From Lytechinus pictus (taxonomy: Eukaryota): 64,000 nt of DNA. The position numbers were made by a program, and so were the translations under genes. The stretch is taken from positions 47,120,001 to 47,184,000 of the forward strand of contig NC_087251.1 of NCBI RefSeq assembly GCF_037042905.1, in the 5' to 3' direction. Below, one piece after another: positions 39,722 through 52,575 of this stretch. The notes beneath the pieces were generated by a model. The model made no database searches and was not told where the DNA came from. It saw only the letters and a list, made by a program, of their open reading frames with translations. Numbering within the stretch: position 1 is the first letter of the stretch; each line of letters begins with the position of its first letter.

Positions 39722-40754
39722 TTATGCGTAGAATATGAGCTCAGGTATTTGACCACCTTGGACTCCAGTCCCATTCGTGCTTTCTGGAGAACACTGAAAC
39801 TGGAAGGTCACATTGTTGCTGGTACTTTCTGTCAGTCCTTCCTGTCCAAAATAACTTAATTCACTTCCACTTAGTGTTGCACTTGCTGTATAGTACACAT
39901 GGGGTTCGACCTGGACGGGGTGTGGGAACGCGACCATAAACGTGGTACTGGATCCATCTGAAAAGAACTTGGTATTGTTCTCGGCAAGAATCTTTCCTCC
40001 TCGCTTGAGTTCTATTTTCACCTTGTACTCTGCACCACCTGAACTGGAGCCGTACAACCCGAAGCCAGCGATGAATATCCGCCTGTCAACGGCAAACTGG
40101 ATACTGTCACACCGACCCCTGTAACGCCACTGGTTACTCCTGTAGGCGGACGACTGAAAGCGATGCACCGTGCAGGTTCGCAGTCCTGCGCGCTGCTTAC
40201 AAGGAAAGCGGAGCTTGGGCTTACTGTCAGCAGTGTAGTGAAGAAATATATCTGTGGTTTCTTCGAGAGTGATGACACCACTACGAGCTACGCTATTGGC
40301 AAATTCCTTGAGAGGCATTGTCGGGAGTCGAAGGAGATAAAGAGCAGAACCTAGAACCTTGCGGAGGTTGTTTGGAGTCACCACCAAGTCCTGCCTGGAG
40401 CACTCCGCATCTGCCCAACGCATGGCTGCATGGAAGAGGACAAGTTCCTTGACATTCAAGGTCTCCCGCTTCAGGATGCACTCCAAAGTATCCTGGTCAA
40501 CATCCACAAAGCTGTCTGATCCTAAAGCTACTTCAGCCTGGGCATCAATAACCTCCCAACATCGCTGCATGAGGTCCGGTTCTTCAAACAAGTGGCTTTG
40601 ACTCAACAGGACGCATGCATTCCGTGCACTCAGACTTCGCTCCAAGTACTCAACGCATGACCTGGCCAGATGAGGTACGAGATATTTCTTTGCAGCATAG
40701 AGGGTATCCAAAACATTCTCTGGAGTTAAGTCAATCTCATCACAGTACATGTAT
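39722..40754 (-). CDS. BTBD6: BTB/POZ-BACK-PHR protein (BTBD6/BTBD3 family), last coding exon
   Basis: TTACAG|A TAC ATG acceptor. YMYCDEIDL..TLYAAKKYLVPHLA (BTB end), BACK domain, and PHR domain HRFQSSAYRSNQWRYRGRCDSIQFAVDRRIFIAGFGLYGSS...STNGTGVQGGQIPELIFYA*. Confidence 0.96.
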
Positions 40755-40957
40755 CTGTAAAGGAAAAAATGTTAAATTGAAAACAAATTTAATATTTACA
40801 AGGATATAAAAGCAATGGATTTGAATGGAATAATATTGATCCATAGATTCTTTTGACAAGTCAAATCGGTAGGGACAGATGAATTTCAATATATCTTAGC
40901 AATGTACAAAGTTGGGCAGAATTCAACTTATGTAAGGTTGACTTAACAAAGTTTTCA

Positions 40958-41570
40958 AAAGGACAAGTCTACCCCAACAAAAAGTTGATTTGAATAAGAG
41001 AAAAATCCAACAAGCATAACACTGAAAATTTCATCAAAATCGGATGTAAAATAAGAAAGTTATGATATTTAAAATTTTTTGCTTAATTTCACAGAACAGT
41101 TATATGCACATCCTGGTCGGTATGCAAATGAGGAAACTGGTGAGGTCATCCACTCACTACATGTATTTCTTTTGTATTATGAAATATGAAATATTCTTAT
41201 TTCCTCCTCATTGTCAAGTGCAACAACAATTAATTCCTCCTGACAATGTGGAATAAGCATTGTTTAATACTATATGGTTCAGTCAAGTTGGTCCTTACAT
41301 GTATTGTCAAATATGTAAAAAATGAAATATTGTATAATTCAAACAATAAAAAAACAAAAGAAATAGTGAGGGACATCATCAACTCTCTCATTGACATGTC
41401 ACTGAATTGTGCATATAACTGTTGTTTGAAAAATAACTTAAAAACGTCCTAACTATCTTATTTTACATCCGATTTTGATGAAATTTTCAGTGTTATGCTA
41501 CATGTATTGTCGCTTGATTTTTCTTTATTTATCCAAATCAACATTTTTCTGGGGTGGACTTGGCCTTTAA
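40958..41570. mobile_element. Kolobok-like MITE family A inside the BTBD6 intron
   Basis: AAAGGACAAGTCTACCCC ... GGGGTGGACTTGGCCTTTAA. Confidence 0.85.
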
Positions 41571-41683
41571 TGTATTATATATGTACATGTTTGTTCTCTT
41601 GTGCCCTCAGTAGATGTTTAAAAATATTTCAAACAGAATTAGAATGTGCAGTAACATTTTCAAAATAGTAAAAGTAATTTGAA

Positions 41684-41790
41684 AATTTGATGACACTAAC
41701 ACATTCTAATAATTAGAATGTGTAAGTGTCATCAAATTCTGAATTTTGGGGGGAACAAAATGAGTAATTTTGTTCCCCCAAAATTCAGAA
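41684..41790. repeat. Two abutting ~55-bp near-perfect palindromes
   Basis: 41684-41738 (27-bp arms, 1 mismatch) and 41737-41790 (~24-bp arms, 1 bulge, 5-nt loop). Confidence 0.9.
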
Positions 41791-41822
41791 TATCAAAGCA
41801 AGACTTGAGTTGAATTACTCAC

Positions 41823-42406
41823 TTGAGAAGGGTAAGGAAAGCTTCCGGCTCTACATCAGGTGTAACAATCTCAGAGGTATTCTCTGCTAGGTCTCCATAA
41901 AACATGGCAAAGAACACCGAACTCCCTGTTGCAAGGACGTACTTATGGGCAGGTATCCTTTGAGCTGTATTCTTAGGTCCAACCAAGAACGTAACATCAC
42001 TCATCAGTTCATTGTTAAACATGACAGCATTTCTGTCTCGTACGGTTGCACCACGATGCCAGTTATCACAGGACCAGAGGGACGGAGATGATGATATTGA
42101 GGTTGCTACCGAGGTTGCTATCGTAGGACTATCAGGTTGTATGACATCCAGGGTTTCGGTATTGACGGAACAATGGTTACCATCCAGGCGGTTCTGATAT
42201 GACTCTGCGGAGTTTGAGACCTGACTGGCAAGAAAACTGGATCTTCTGTTGCAAGTGCGCTGCTGAACCTGCTGCTCCATCTCATCTTTCTCCGCTCCAG
42301 GATTCTGATTATTCATCTCCATCTTCCGTTGTAACTTTCGCTTTATCCTGCAGAAGATGTGCACTACTTTCCGAAGTTTAGCGAGCTTGTGTTTCCGAAA
42401 GGGCAT
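41823..42406 (-). CDS. BTBD6: BTBD6/BTBD3-family gene, first coding exon (N-terminus and BTB domain)
   Basis: NWHRGATVRDRNAVMFNNELMSDVTFLVG..IPAHKYVLATGSSVFFAMFYGDLAE..PDVEPEAFLTLLK. Donor AA|GTGAGT (phase 2) joins in frame to 40754, giving 1617 nt = 538 aa + stop. The exact start Met is uncertain. An acceptor upstream at 42528 implies a 5'UTR exon. Confidence 0.93.
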
Positions 42407-44697
42407 CTAAGATTATTGTGAGGAACAGACCAAAGACAACATAGCTAATTCAAATGCTTGAGTATGACTGATCTATCCAAACATTGCAATTTTGCTGATG
42501 GTGTCCAAGTATTCTTTTCCATGTAATCTGAAAAAGAATGTCAAGGAAAATCGTCAGTCTCAAATTAACCTAAATATACATCCATTTATAGATTTCTGTA
42601 TTTCTGTTGTACTTTATTATGGAGAATGGAGATTGCATGAACCTTGTTAAATAAGAAATTTTGAAAACTTACATTTTTTTACTGAAAATTTTCACAAAAT
42701 TTCACCAAAAGTATGCACCAAATCCTTCAATTTCACTTGACAGAATGTGAAAATGACCCAAATGACAAGCTCAGTCACTTTGCTCCCTCGCTTTAAAAAA
42801 AAAAAGAGATTATCCGAGCTGCCCCCCCCCCCAGCAAAAAATTTCTGCGTACGGCCATGCTAACACAAACAATAAGTTAAACTTCAATTCTAAGATAATC
42901 TGCAGGTGAAAATCTACAAATTGATAAACCGTCTACCTTTTTTAAAGTTAGAGCAAAAAGGAGACCTTGCCATATATTGTAAATCCTATCCATCTACAGC
43001 AAAATGCCATGGAGTATGATTGTGATGATTAAGTCATCCACTGTGCTGGATGATCTCTGTCCCAAATTTCTCAACGAAAATAGATATCTTTAAAAGCGTA
43101 GGCTTAACTGCAGAAGACGGCATAACCTTGTTTTTCTTTATTATTATATGTAGTCGTGATCGTTTATATATGCCAAGGAGGTGACCATACCATTCACTGC
43201 AAAATAAAGACTAAGATGCTGCATAGACCGTGTAACAGTTAGACATGATGTAGTCCATATTTTGCAGTGCAGTGAATAGTATTCATTATAATCCTTTCCC
43301 AAAATCTGAGAAAATAGAATAATACTCACACATTCCAGATCAGTCAAAAGTTCCTTCTAGTAAATAATGATCCTTTATGTTCAGAATAATGTACTAATAT
43401 GGTGTTCAGAAAATTAGGTATGGTACTGTTTGAGTTATAGTCGGACATATAACTACTAGTACTACAACTGTATCCGTGTATATGTTTTTATCCTGTGAGT
43501 ATATAGCACTGCTCTGCTGTCAGCGCGCGCTCGAGCTCTCGATCTATTCGTGCATGAGCCCCCCCAGGGTTAGTCGCTTACACACAAACAAGGCACACAT
43601 ACACACACACACCCTCACACACACAATGTGAGCTCGTCCAGCAAAACAACTCGCGTACTACAGCTGTGCAATCAACAAGACCCTGTGTGTCATATGATAA
43701 CAAAGAAAGCCCAAGGGACCGCTATTTTTGTGAGTCAGTGATGTGCGGCTAGTCTTTAGGTTGTGATTGTCTAATCCCGTGGACGAATTATAGGCTTTGT
43801 ACTGTCACCACCAACTCCCGAAACCCAAATCAGATGAAAAGATAGATTTAAATAATACCAAGGTGTAACATTGTGGAACCGAAGATTACGAGGGGGAAGG
43901 GTGGAGGCCGCAGATTTCGCGCATGTGGTGAAAGTCGGTCCATTTGGTCGAAAGTAGAAGGAAAACATGTGATGGATGAATAACCAATTTAGTTGGACAA
44001 GCGGAGAACAACAAAGGGTGTGCTTAGTCTGCAGGCACAGACCCTGATTGGAACTTTGATCAACAAGTGTGCCTCCACGCAAAGACTAGCACATACAACA
44101 CTTGCTGTTCCAATACCTGAGCGAGAGAGCCTTCAGTACACAAGGCATGAGTAGGCTGCACATTCAGACCCTTAACTCGAGTGAAGGGTTTGCCCAGCAG
44201 ACTAGGGTGTGCTTGTGTTAGCCCTCTCCTCTCATCTCGGGGGCGTCAATACTAGGCCCATATAATACCATGTTTTTCCAGACAGATGCGGACTACGTAT
44301 ACAAACAATCAAACAAAAAATACGGAGAGGGTGGGGGCACACCCAGGAGGGATTTGATACTTCAGATTTCACAACCATGCATGGGCAGTGCCGTATCGGG
44401 TGCGGGTACGGGCACTTGTCTCGGGCGCCACTTTTTAGGGGGCTCAAAGAAGCAGGTAATAGATAAAAGGGTAAGAAAACATTCTAAAGTTTATCTCCGA
44501 ACAACGAAACAAACTTCCGGAAAGTGAAAATTTGGACGGGGCACAATTACGACCCATGCAAAACAAAGATATTGGAAAGGTCGTTATTTTGGCACTTGCC
44601 CCTGGTGCTTCATTTTTTGCCCTGTATTACACGCCACGTCTGATCGTAAAGCATATACCAGCAAATAAAATTGTCATCCTATAGGCCTATATCATTC

Positions 44698-45295
44698 TTA
44701 AAGGACAAGACCACCCCAACAAAAAGTTGACTTGAATAAAAAAGAAAAATCAAATAAGCATAACACTGATAATTTCATCAAAATCGGATGTAAAATAAGA
44801 AAGTTATGACATGCTTAATTTCACAAAACAGTTAAATGCACATCCTGCATGGCGAGTATGCAAATGAGGAGACTGATGACGTCATCCACTCACTATTTTA
44901 TATTTTATTATATATGAAATAGGGAAAATCCTATTTTTCTCCTCATTGTCATGTGAAACAACGATAAATTCCTCCCTGAACATGTGGAATGAGAATTGTT
45001 TTATACTATATGATTCAGTTGGTCCTTATTGTCAAATGTATAAAAAATGAAATATTGTATAATTCAAACAATAATAAACAAAAGAAATAGGGAGTGAGGG
45101 GCATCATCGACTGTCTCATTTGAGTTGTGCATAAATCACTGTTATGTGAAAAAAATAATAAGCGAAACTTTAAAATGTCATAACTTTCTTATTTTACATC
45201 CGATTTTGATGAAATCTTCAGCGTTTTGCTGGTTTGATTTTTCTCTATTTATTCAATTTCAAATCAACATTTCTGTGGGGTGGACTTGACCTTAA
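44698..45295. mobile_element. Kolobok-like MITE family A
   Basis: TTAA-AGGACAAGACCACCCC ... GGGGTGGACTTGACC-TTAA. Confidence 0.85.
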
Positions 45296-45601
45296 AAAAA
45301 AATCAGTGACAAATTTCAAAAGTGATAGTTTACATTGTCTGTGAATGCATTTAATGCGCAGGGTCGGCAATTTTTATGATTTTCATCATGCAATGCTTTT
45401 CTTATACCTCAGTCACATTTGCTGTTCGGCGAGTCGAAACAACCGTTTTATTTATTCAATCCACCTATATGTAGCTGGTACCAAAAATGTCTTCGACTCA
45501 ACGTACGGCCGCCGTACAGCAAATGTGATTGAGGTAGGCCTATTACCTCATTTTTTATGGGTTCTTCATTTTTTCGTTTTTCGAGAATTATACAGCAAAC
45601 C

Positions 45602-45773
45602 TACACTGTAAAAAATGAAGTGCCAATTTAGCACTTACAGTGCTCGTATAGTGACTGCACTACGAGTGCTGATTTTCTAGTTTAAATTTGAACTAGAAAA
45701 TCACCACTCGTATAGTGCAGTCACTATGCAAGCGCTGTAAGTGCTAAATTAGCACTTAATTTTTTACAGTGTA
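45602..45773. mobile_element. Short fold-back MITE with CACTG termini (CACTA/EnSpm-like)
   Basis: TA-CACTGTAAAAAA ... TTTTTTACAGTG-TA. The whole 170 bp is an imperfect palindrome. Confidence 0.8.
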
Positions 45774-47717
45774 TATACACTTCAAAATGAGTCGTTTATA
45801 CAAGATAAAGATACAAGATAATTTTATCGGTACCTGAATGCAAACCTAACATTGAAATTGTGCGTCCTATTGCTTTCAAATAGCTACATAATAAAAGAGA
45901 CACAAGTCATGTAGTAAAACTAATCATAGCCATAAGAAACTCACTTACGTAAACAAAATAACTGTCTGCATTGGGCTGCATTACCCCTTCAAATTTATAA
46001 TTCGCAAGTAAAATGACTGTCTGCTGCGAAGTCCCCCCACACGAATTCTTAATTTGATAAAACTACAAAAAGTATAAAGCTATAGTCGACTTTATATTTT
46101 TCTATAACGATATCATCAAGCTATCCAGTCTTTCCTGCGAGTGAGTCATGTTGAATTCTAAATACGAGTCGGCCCGTTTGGTTTCAATATTGACTTATAA
46201 TTTTAGTCTGTTAAAGATAATTTGTGATAAGATAATGATTAATGACAGACCGCAGACTTGCCCGAGGGCATATCAAACTGTTTTAAAAATCAATTTGAAA
46301 GTGGTGTAAGATGGCGATCACGACATCAGCCTAATGATGTTGTTGCATTCCCGGGTGCCGTGCTATGTACAATATGCCCCCAAGTATGCCTAACATGCCA
46401 ACAATTTTTTTCCTTTGTATTTCAAAGCAAAAGTCAAAACTCCAGCTAAGCCTGCATGAATTAATGTAAAAGAAATATGTTTGGAGTTTGAAATGTGTTG
46501 AATTAAAGGTAACATGCGTAAGAGAAATCAGCTTTAAAGAGATTGTATTTAATTAGTTATCATAATATTACTCGTATTAATACTTACTGCTCTTTTCACT
46601 TGGTCATTTTGGGAGAGTTGATTGAATGATAACTGAATTGTGTTAGTTCTTATTCTTGATTTTTATTTTTTTTTCGTTATAAATCGTGCGTTGGATGATG
46701 GCGAACATTAGAACCAGGGGTTACTTAGCATATACGTTATAGAAAAATAATGCCATAATTATCACTATGAAATTAATTAATTGATGTCTCTGTATTTTTA
46801 TTAAGAAACCATGAAATAATGCGATGTTCAGAATAAAAAATACTCACCACGAGTTGATTGGAAGAAAATTTAACACAGCCTTACAGGGTCGATCGTTCGA
46901 TGTCGTGTTCAATAACTGACTTGTGTTTTCGCTATTGGGCAATTCCATAAAATATGTACGTCCGAGTCCGACCCCTATATGTGGGACCTTCATAAAATTA
47001 TCTGTCTCTGATTTCCTGTTCTTTAGACAGTCTGTAATACTCTCAAAATTACCATGACTTGGTCAGTGTATATGAGGTGAAGTAAAAATTGAGAGAAATG
47101 GGGGTCGGATGTACAAAAAGGTTAATTATTTTATGGAATTGCCCTATTCAAAATGTATCTTCCCTATTGATATATAATTTTAGACAGATTGGCGACTGAA
47201 AAATCCTTGAATGATCATACTAATGAAAAATTACAAGATTATCACGCTGAGAATGCATGGTTATTTTCTTTCTAAAAATTGTCATTATTTTCGTACCCAA
47301 ATAGTCCGAAAGGCATATATTTTCTCAGAGCCACCGGCCGCTTATTTAAACTAAAAGAACGGGAAATGATCACTTTCATGGCTGGACGTGGATTTTTTTT
47401 TTTCGGGGGGGGGGGGGGGGAGGGGCAAGACGCATATATTTTTTTAAAGGAAATCGAAAACGAGGGGGGCGAAGCACTGATCTGTCAGTTTGGCGAAACG
47501 ACTGAGCATGTCATGAGTGCGCTTGAAGAATTTCGTGCACACTTTTAGTGAATTCGTGAAAGATGTTAGAAAAAAAAAATGAGTTTTTGAAATTTGTTGG
47601 GGAGGGGGCAGTTGCCCCATTTCCCCGCTGCGTACGGCCATGATTGTTTTCACAATAATTGCTCTGAAGTCGAAAAAAAGTAATGTTGAGTGAAATACAC
47701 TCATCCCGATCGGACCT

Positions 47718-48303
47718 TTAAAGGGGAATCCAGCCTTGGCCATAAAATGTTGTATTGGGAAGGAGAAAAATAAATTAAACAGAATGGTGAAAATTTGAAA
47801 GAAATCGGACAAGAAATAAGAAAGTTATAGCTGCTTTAAAATTGGGATCACTAATAGTATGTAGATTTCAAATTGGCAACTGGGTAAGTAAATTATGACA
47901 AGGGGCAAGGACAACTTTCCCATAGGCCATGTACTTTATTATCAGGGATCTGTGGTTTTCTCCTAAGTACCAATTCCCCTGGGGCAGTAATCTAAATATA
48001 ACCCAGGTAGTATATTGTTCAATGTCATCATGAAAGAAAAATATAATTTGAAATAAAACTTTGAGGAAAAATTACATTTTAGCCATAGTGGAGTACATGG
48101 AAGAGTAGTCCTTGCCTTACATCACTATGACATCCCATATGCGGCCAATTTGAAGTATCCATGAGTATAGTGATTACCAATATTTACAACTTTGGAAAAT
48201 TCATAACTTTCTTGTTGTTTGTCCAATATTGTTCAAACTTTCACCTATCAACTTGTCTGATTTTTCTTTTTCTTATAAAAACAAGTTTTTAATTGGGTTG
48301 GAT
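47718..48303. mobile_element. Kolobok-like MITE family C (reverse orientation, right tip truncated)
   Basis: TTAA-AGGGGAATCCAGCCTTGGCC start. Reverse-complement match to 31654-32814 without the nested insert. Confidence 0.88.
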
Positions 48304-50712
48304 AGCTGCCTCCATTTGGTGAAATAAAGCTCGTTCAAGAAAAGATTATATTCTTTAATTGATTTGCGAAGAATGAAAGTAATTGTATGATTGTAATGGG
48401 AAATTCCCTCAACCTTCCTTCCAGAAATTATAGGAGTACTTCCCGTTGATTTTTTTTAATCATATAGAGGTCAAAAAGGGATAGGATAAGGTAGGGAATT
48501 CTTGGTATATGCTACTTTTCCCCCAAGCACCACAAAGGAAGTGCTATCATGTCTTTCCTGTATGGTATATCTTATCATTATCGAAGTGGACATACCACAA
48601 TAAAAACGAATAAGCAAAGATAATGATTATTACAGTCATCCTCAAAATCCCCACACTTCCCGCGCTTTGTTTTCATCGCCGATAAGAAGGATGTCGCATG
48701 AAATGAATAGATGATCATCTTCGGACAAAGCTCCGGGCCCGGTCTTACAAAAAGTTAAGATAATAATATTCAAATCACACTCAAATTATTGATCCAAATT
48801 GTGTAGTTAAGAGGTAGGATCAATCGCAATTTGAGTTTGATTTAAATTTATTGTAACTCTTTGTGAGACAGGGCCCTAGTTATAAGGTATTGTGAGGTTT
48901 TCTTGTTTACCTTATTTCGGTTATCCACTCGCCCTTGAAGTGACCCCTCCCCAGAAAGAAAAAAGTGAAATTCCGATCCTCTGTTTTTGAGGGTATTATT
49001 GCTTCAAGTGAAAGTGATTCTCTATCTGCTCCTCGTCCATGTATTGAGTTTTTTTTTAATAATCCTTGTTCCAAAATTATTCAACGTGCTTGATCTTCAT
49101 GCATTAATTGCGTTTGATCCAGAATTATTGTTTATTAATCATTATAATTCCATTTCTTAAAAAAAAAAGATTTATATTTATTTAGTTATTTTCTTAAATT
49201 TATTTGTTTGTTTATTTCATTATTATTTACTTGACGAATGGATTGGTTTTTCAGAAAATTCGTATTCTAAACTTGACAACTTTTATTGTCATTGCACATT
49301 TGCAGTTGTCGCAGTTATTGAGGACATTTACAATTACAGGGCTTAAAAGGGACCATAGACAAGAAATATTTCTTGCTTTGATCTGCAGATCTACCTTGAA
49401 ACCTATATTTTCCACGTTTTTGCCAGCCTAAATAGTGTCTCATAAGTTCTACATTTTATAAGGGTTATACCCTTTCTATAAATTGGCACTATGGTGTTGA
49501 AATTTGTATTTGCCCCTATGGTTTTTGCAAATGCGCATTGGTCGTGCCGTAAAACAATGGGGACGACTGTGCTCCGATTTTTTTCACGCGTCCATTCGCG
49601 GCCCATCGTACATTAGCGCCCAAACGGAAGATTTGTTTATTTATGATTACATCACATTCCATATCCTGAAAGGTAAAGTTTCGGAAAGATCGAATATCAA
49701 CTCGGTATAGACTTCAAACCCATTATTGGTGTCATAGAAGACAATGAACAGCAGCTATCTCGTTGATTAAACTTGTCGAACGAAATGAAAAACAACTTCC
49801 GGTAAACACTTCCCGTTGTCCCATCACCTCGCCGCCCAAACGGAGTTTTCAGTAAATAAATAATCCTGTCCATGACGACATCGAAATCCTTTCCGATTCC
49901 AATCCCATCATTACCTACTTGAGTTCATCGATTATTTTTATCAACTAAAGATTGAATAGGATTATTAGGGATACCGTTGGGTGTGGATTAGGGGGATGCG
50001 GTTTCTCATTAAGGTGGGTTTGTCTGTTTCCGCGTTGCACTCCTTGGTGTTTATTCAGAAGTTTGAACAGGTGAATTGGCTTACCATGAGTCGATTTGCT
50101 TTAGTCTCGATGCCCTGTTAATCATGGACCCTAATGACTTAAAGTAAATTCATGTTTAGTTGGACATTGTCTTTGAAATGTCCACACATAATGCACTTGG
50201 TTCTATACCTCCATGGTTTTAGTGACCACAATTTATTGCCCGTTGATATTTGCCGCCCATTCACCGTTGCCTCGTGGCGCCGCGCGACTGCAGAAAGGGG
50301 CATGATGCTAATAACGAATGGTAAAAACAAACTCGCAAATCTGATGAAGAGACAGCGATAAAACAAAGGCTCTGAATATTTTTCCCTTCTCGTAGGATAT
50401 TCATTTTTTCATGATTTAAAAAAAATTATTTTGCATTATCAAAGAAAGAAAACACATCGTTGCATTAGCTATTTCCGTTTTAAGAGATCTCATGAACGAG
50501 CCGTGAAAGAGAAGATCAGAATCTCTTTCACATCCCAAACACATGTAGCTGTGAGTTTGATCGCACATTGTAACGGCATTACAAATTTCACTTTCTCTAT
50601 TTTAAAGCATTTTTTCATAGCAAAGTGAGACTATAGGCGCCACTTTTCCGGCGGCGGTGGAAACATTGAAATCTTAACCAAGGTTAATACGTTTTTGAAA
50701 TGTCATTGTAAC

Positions 50713-51313
50713 TTAAAGGTCAAGTCCACCCCACAAAAATGTTGATTTGAATAAATAGACAAAAATCAAACTAGCAAAATGCTGAAAATTTCATCAAAAT
50801 CGGATGTAAAATAAGAAAGTTATTACATTTTAAAGATTTGCTTATTTTTCACAAAACAGTGATATGCACAACTCAAATGAGACAGTCTATGATGTCCCTC
50901 ACTCACTATTTCTTTTGTTTTTTATTGTTTGAATTATACAATATTTCATTTTTTATGGATTTGACAATAAGGACCAACTTGACTGAATCATATAGTATTA
51001 AACAATGCCCATTCCACATGTTCAGGGAGGAATTAATCGTTGTTTCACTTGACAAGGAGGAGAAAAATAGGATATTCCCTATTTCATATAATAAAATACA
51101 AAAGAAATAGTGAGTGGATGACGTCATCAGTCTCCTCATTTGCATACCCAACAGGATGTGCATATAACTGTTTTGTGAAATTAAGCAAAACTTTAAAATG
51201 TCATAACTTACTTATTTTACATCCGATTTTGATGAAATTTTCAGTGTTATGTTTTTAGGATTTTTCTCTTTTTATTCAAATAAACTTTTTGTTGGGGTGG
51301 ACTTGTCCTTTAA
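50713..51313. mobile_element. Kolobok-like MITE family A
   Basis: TTAA-AGGTCAAGTCCACCCC ... GGGGTGGACTTGTCCT-TTAA. Confidence 0.88.
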
Positions 51314-51414
51314 AAAGACTATGGACCTACATAGTTCATGAAATATAATAATAATGAAGTTCTGATATAGCGCATTTCAAACCTGTGAGGACTCTGAATG
51401 CGCTTTACAGAAAT

Positions 51415-52575
51415 ACAAGTTTCAGGTCACATGACCAAGGTCAAAGGTCATTTAGGGCCCATGAGCTTTAACCAGGTTTGGGGGATCAGCATCGAAATGT
51501 TAACCATGGTTAAGTTTTAGAAGTTTCATAACTTAGAAAGTTTATGGACCTAGTTCATGGCACTTTGACGAATGGGTAATCAAGTATTACTGAACATCCT
51601 GCCTGAGTTTCAGGTCACATGACCAAGGTCAGAGGTCATTTAGGGTCAATGAGCTTTAACCATGTTGGGGAAATCAGCATCAAAATGTCAACCATGGTTA
51701 AGTTTTAGAAGTGTCATAACTTTGAAAGTATATGTACCTAGTTCATGGAACTTGGAGATATGGGTAATCAAGTATTACTGGAGATCCCGCCTGAGTTTTC
51801 AGGTCATATGACCAAGGTCAAAGGTCATTTAAGGTCAATGAAATTTTCCCATTTTGAGGGTTTTTGTTGAATTGCCAAACTTAACTTGAACATTTATGGA
51901 TCTAGTTTATGAAACATTGACATAACACATAAGGGTAATCAACCCGGGGGGGGGGGGGGGCCACTTCCATTGACGAGTGGATACCATGCGCGACCATGGG
52001 GTCTCGAAAAGCACCCTAAACACGTATTTTACATATTCTGAAAATGCACCCCTTAACAAGTATTGGCGTGTGAAACCCTACCCTTAACAAGTATTGGAAA
52101 CAAAACGGTACCCTTGGCAAGTATTCCCTGAATCGACCCCCTAAACAAGTAAAGTGATATTTTAATTGTTATATCACGGACGTCGGTCCTTTACCTAAAT
52201 TGGGCTTATTACAGCCCCACCTCGCGCAAATCGGACTCTAAACACGTAGTGTTGGGGCAAAAAGTACATCTTTTATAATTATTTTAGTCTTAATTTTTAT
52301 ACCCCCGCAAATGTGACCCTAAACACTAATTGCTTTCCTATCGAAATAGATACCCTTTTTTCAGTATTTTAGTGTTTTTGACACCCTTATTACGTTACGC
52401 ACGTAACGTGCCCTATCTTGAAAAAGACATCCTTTTTACGTGTTTTTTTTGGTCGCGCATGGTATCCACTTGTCAATGTAAGTGGCCCCCCCCCCCCCGG
52501 GGTAATCAAGTATCACTGATCATCTTACACAAGTCTTAGGTCACATGATCAAGGTCAAGAGTCATTTAGAGGCTA
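51415..52575. repeat. ~190-200-bp tandem repeat (CAGGTCACATGACCAAGGTCAAAGGTCATTTAGGG...), interrupted by a MITE
   Basis: Unit recurs at ~51423, ~51611, ~51800 and ~52538. Confidence 0.8.
51943..52501. mobile_element. Unclassified MITE with CCCGGG(G)n termini and 8-bp TSD
   Basis: TIR CCCGG(G)nCCACTTCCATTGACGAGTGGATACCATGCGCGACC and its inverse. TSD GTAATCAA at 51935-51942 and 52502-52509. Confidence 0.88.
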
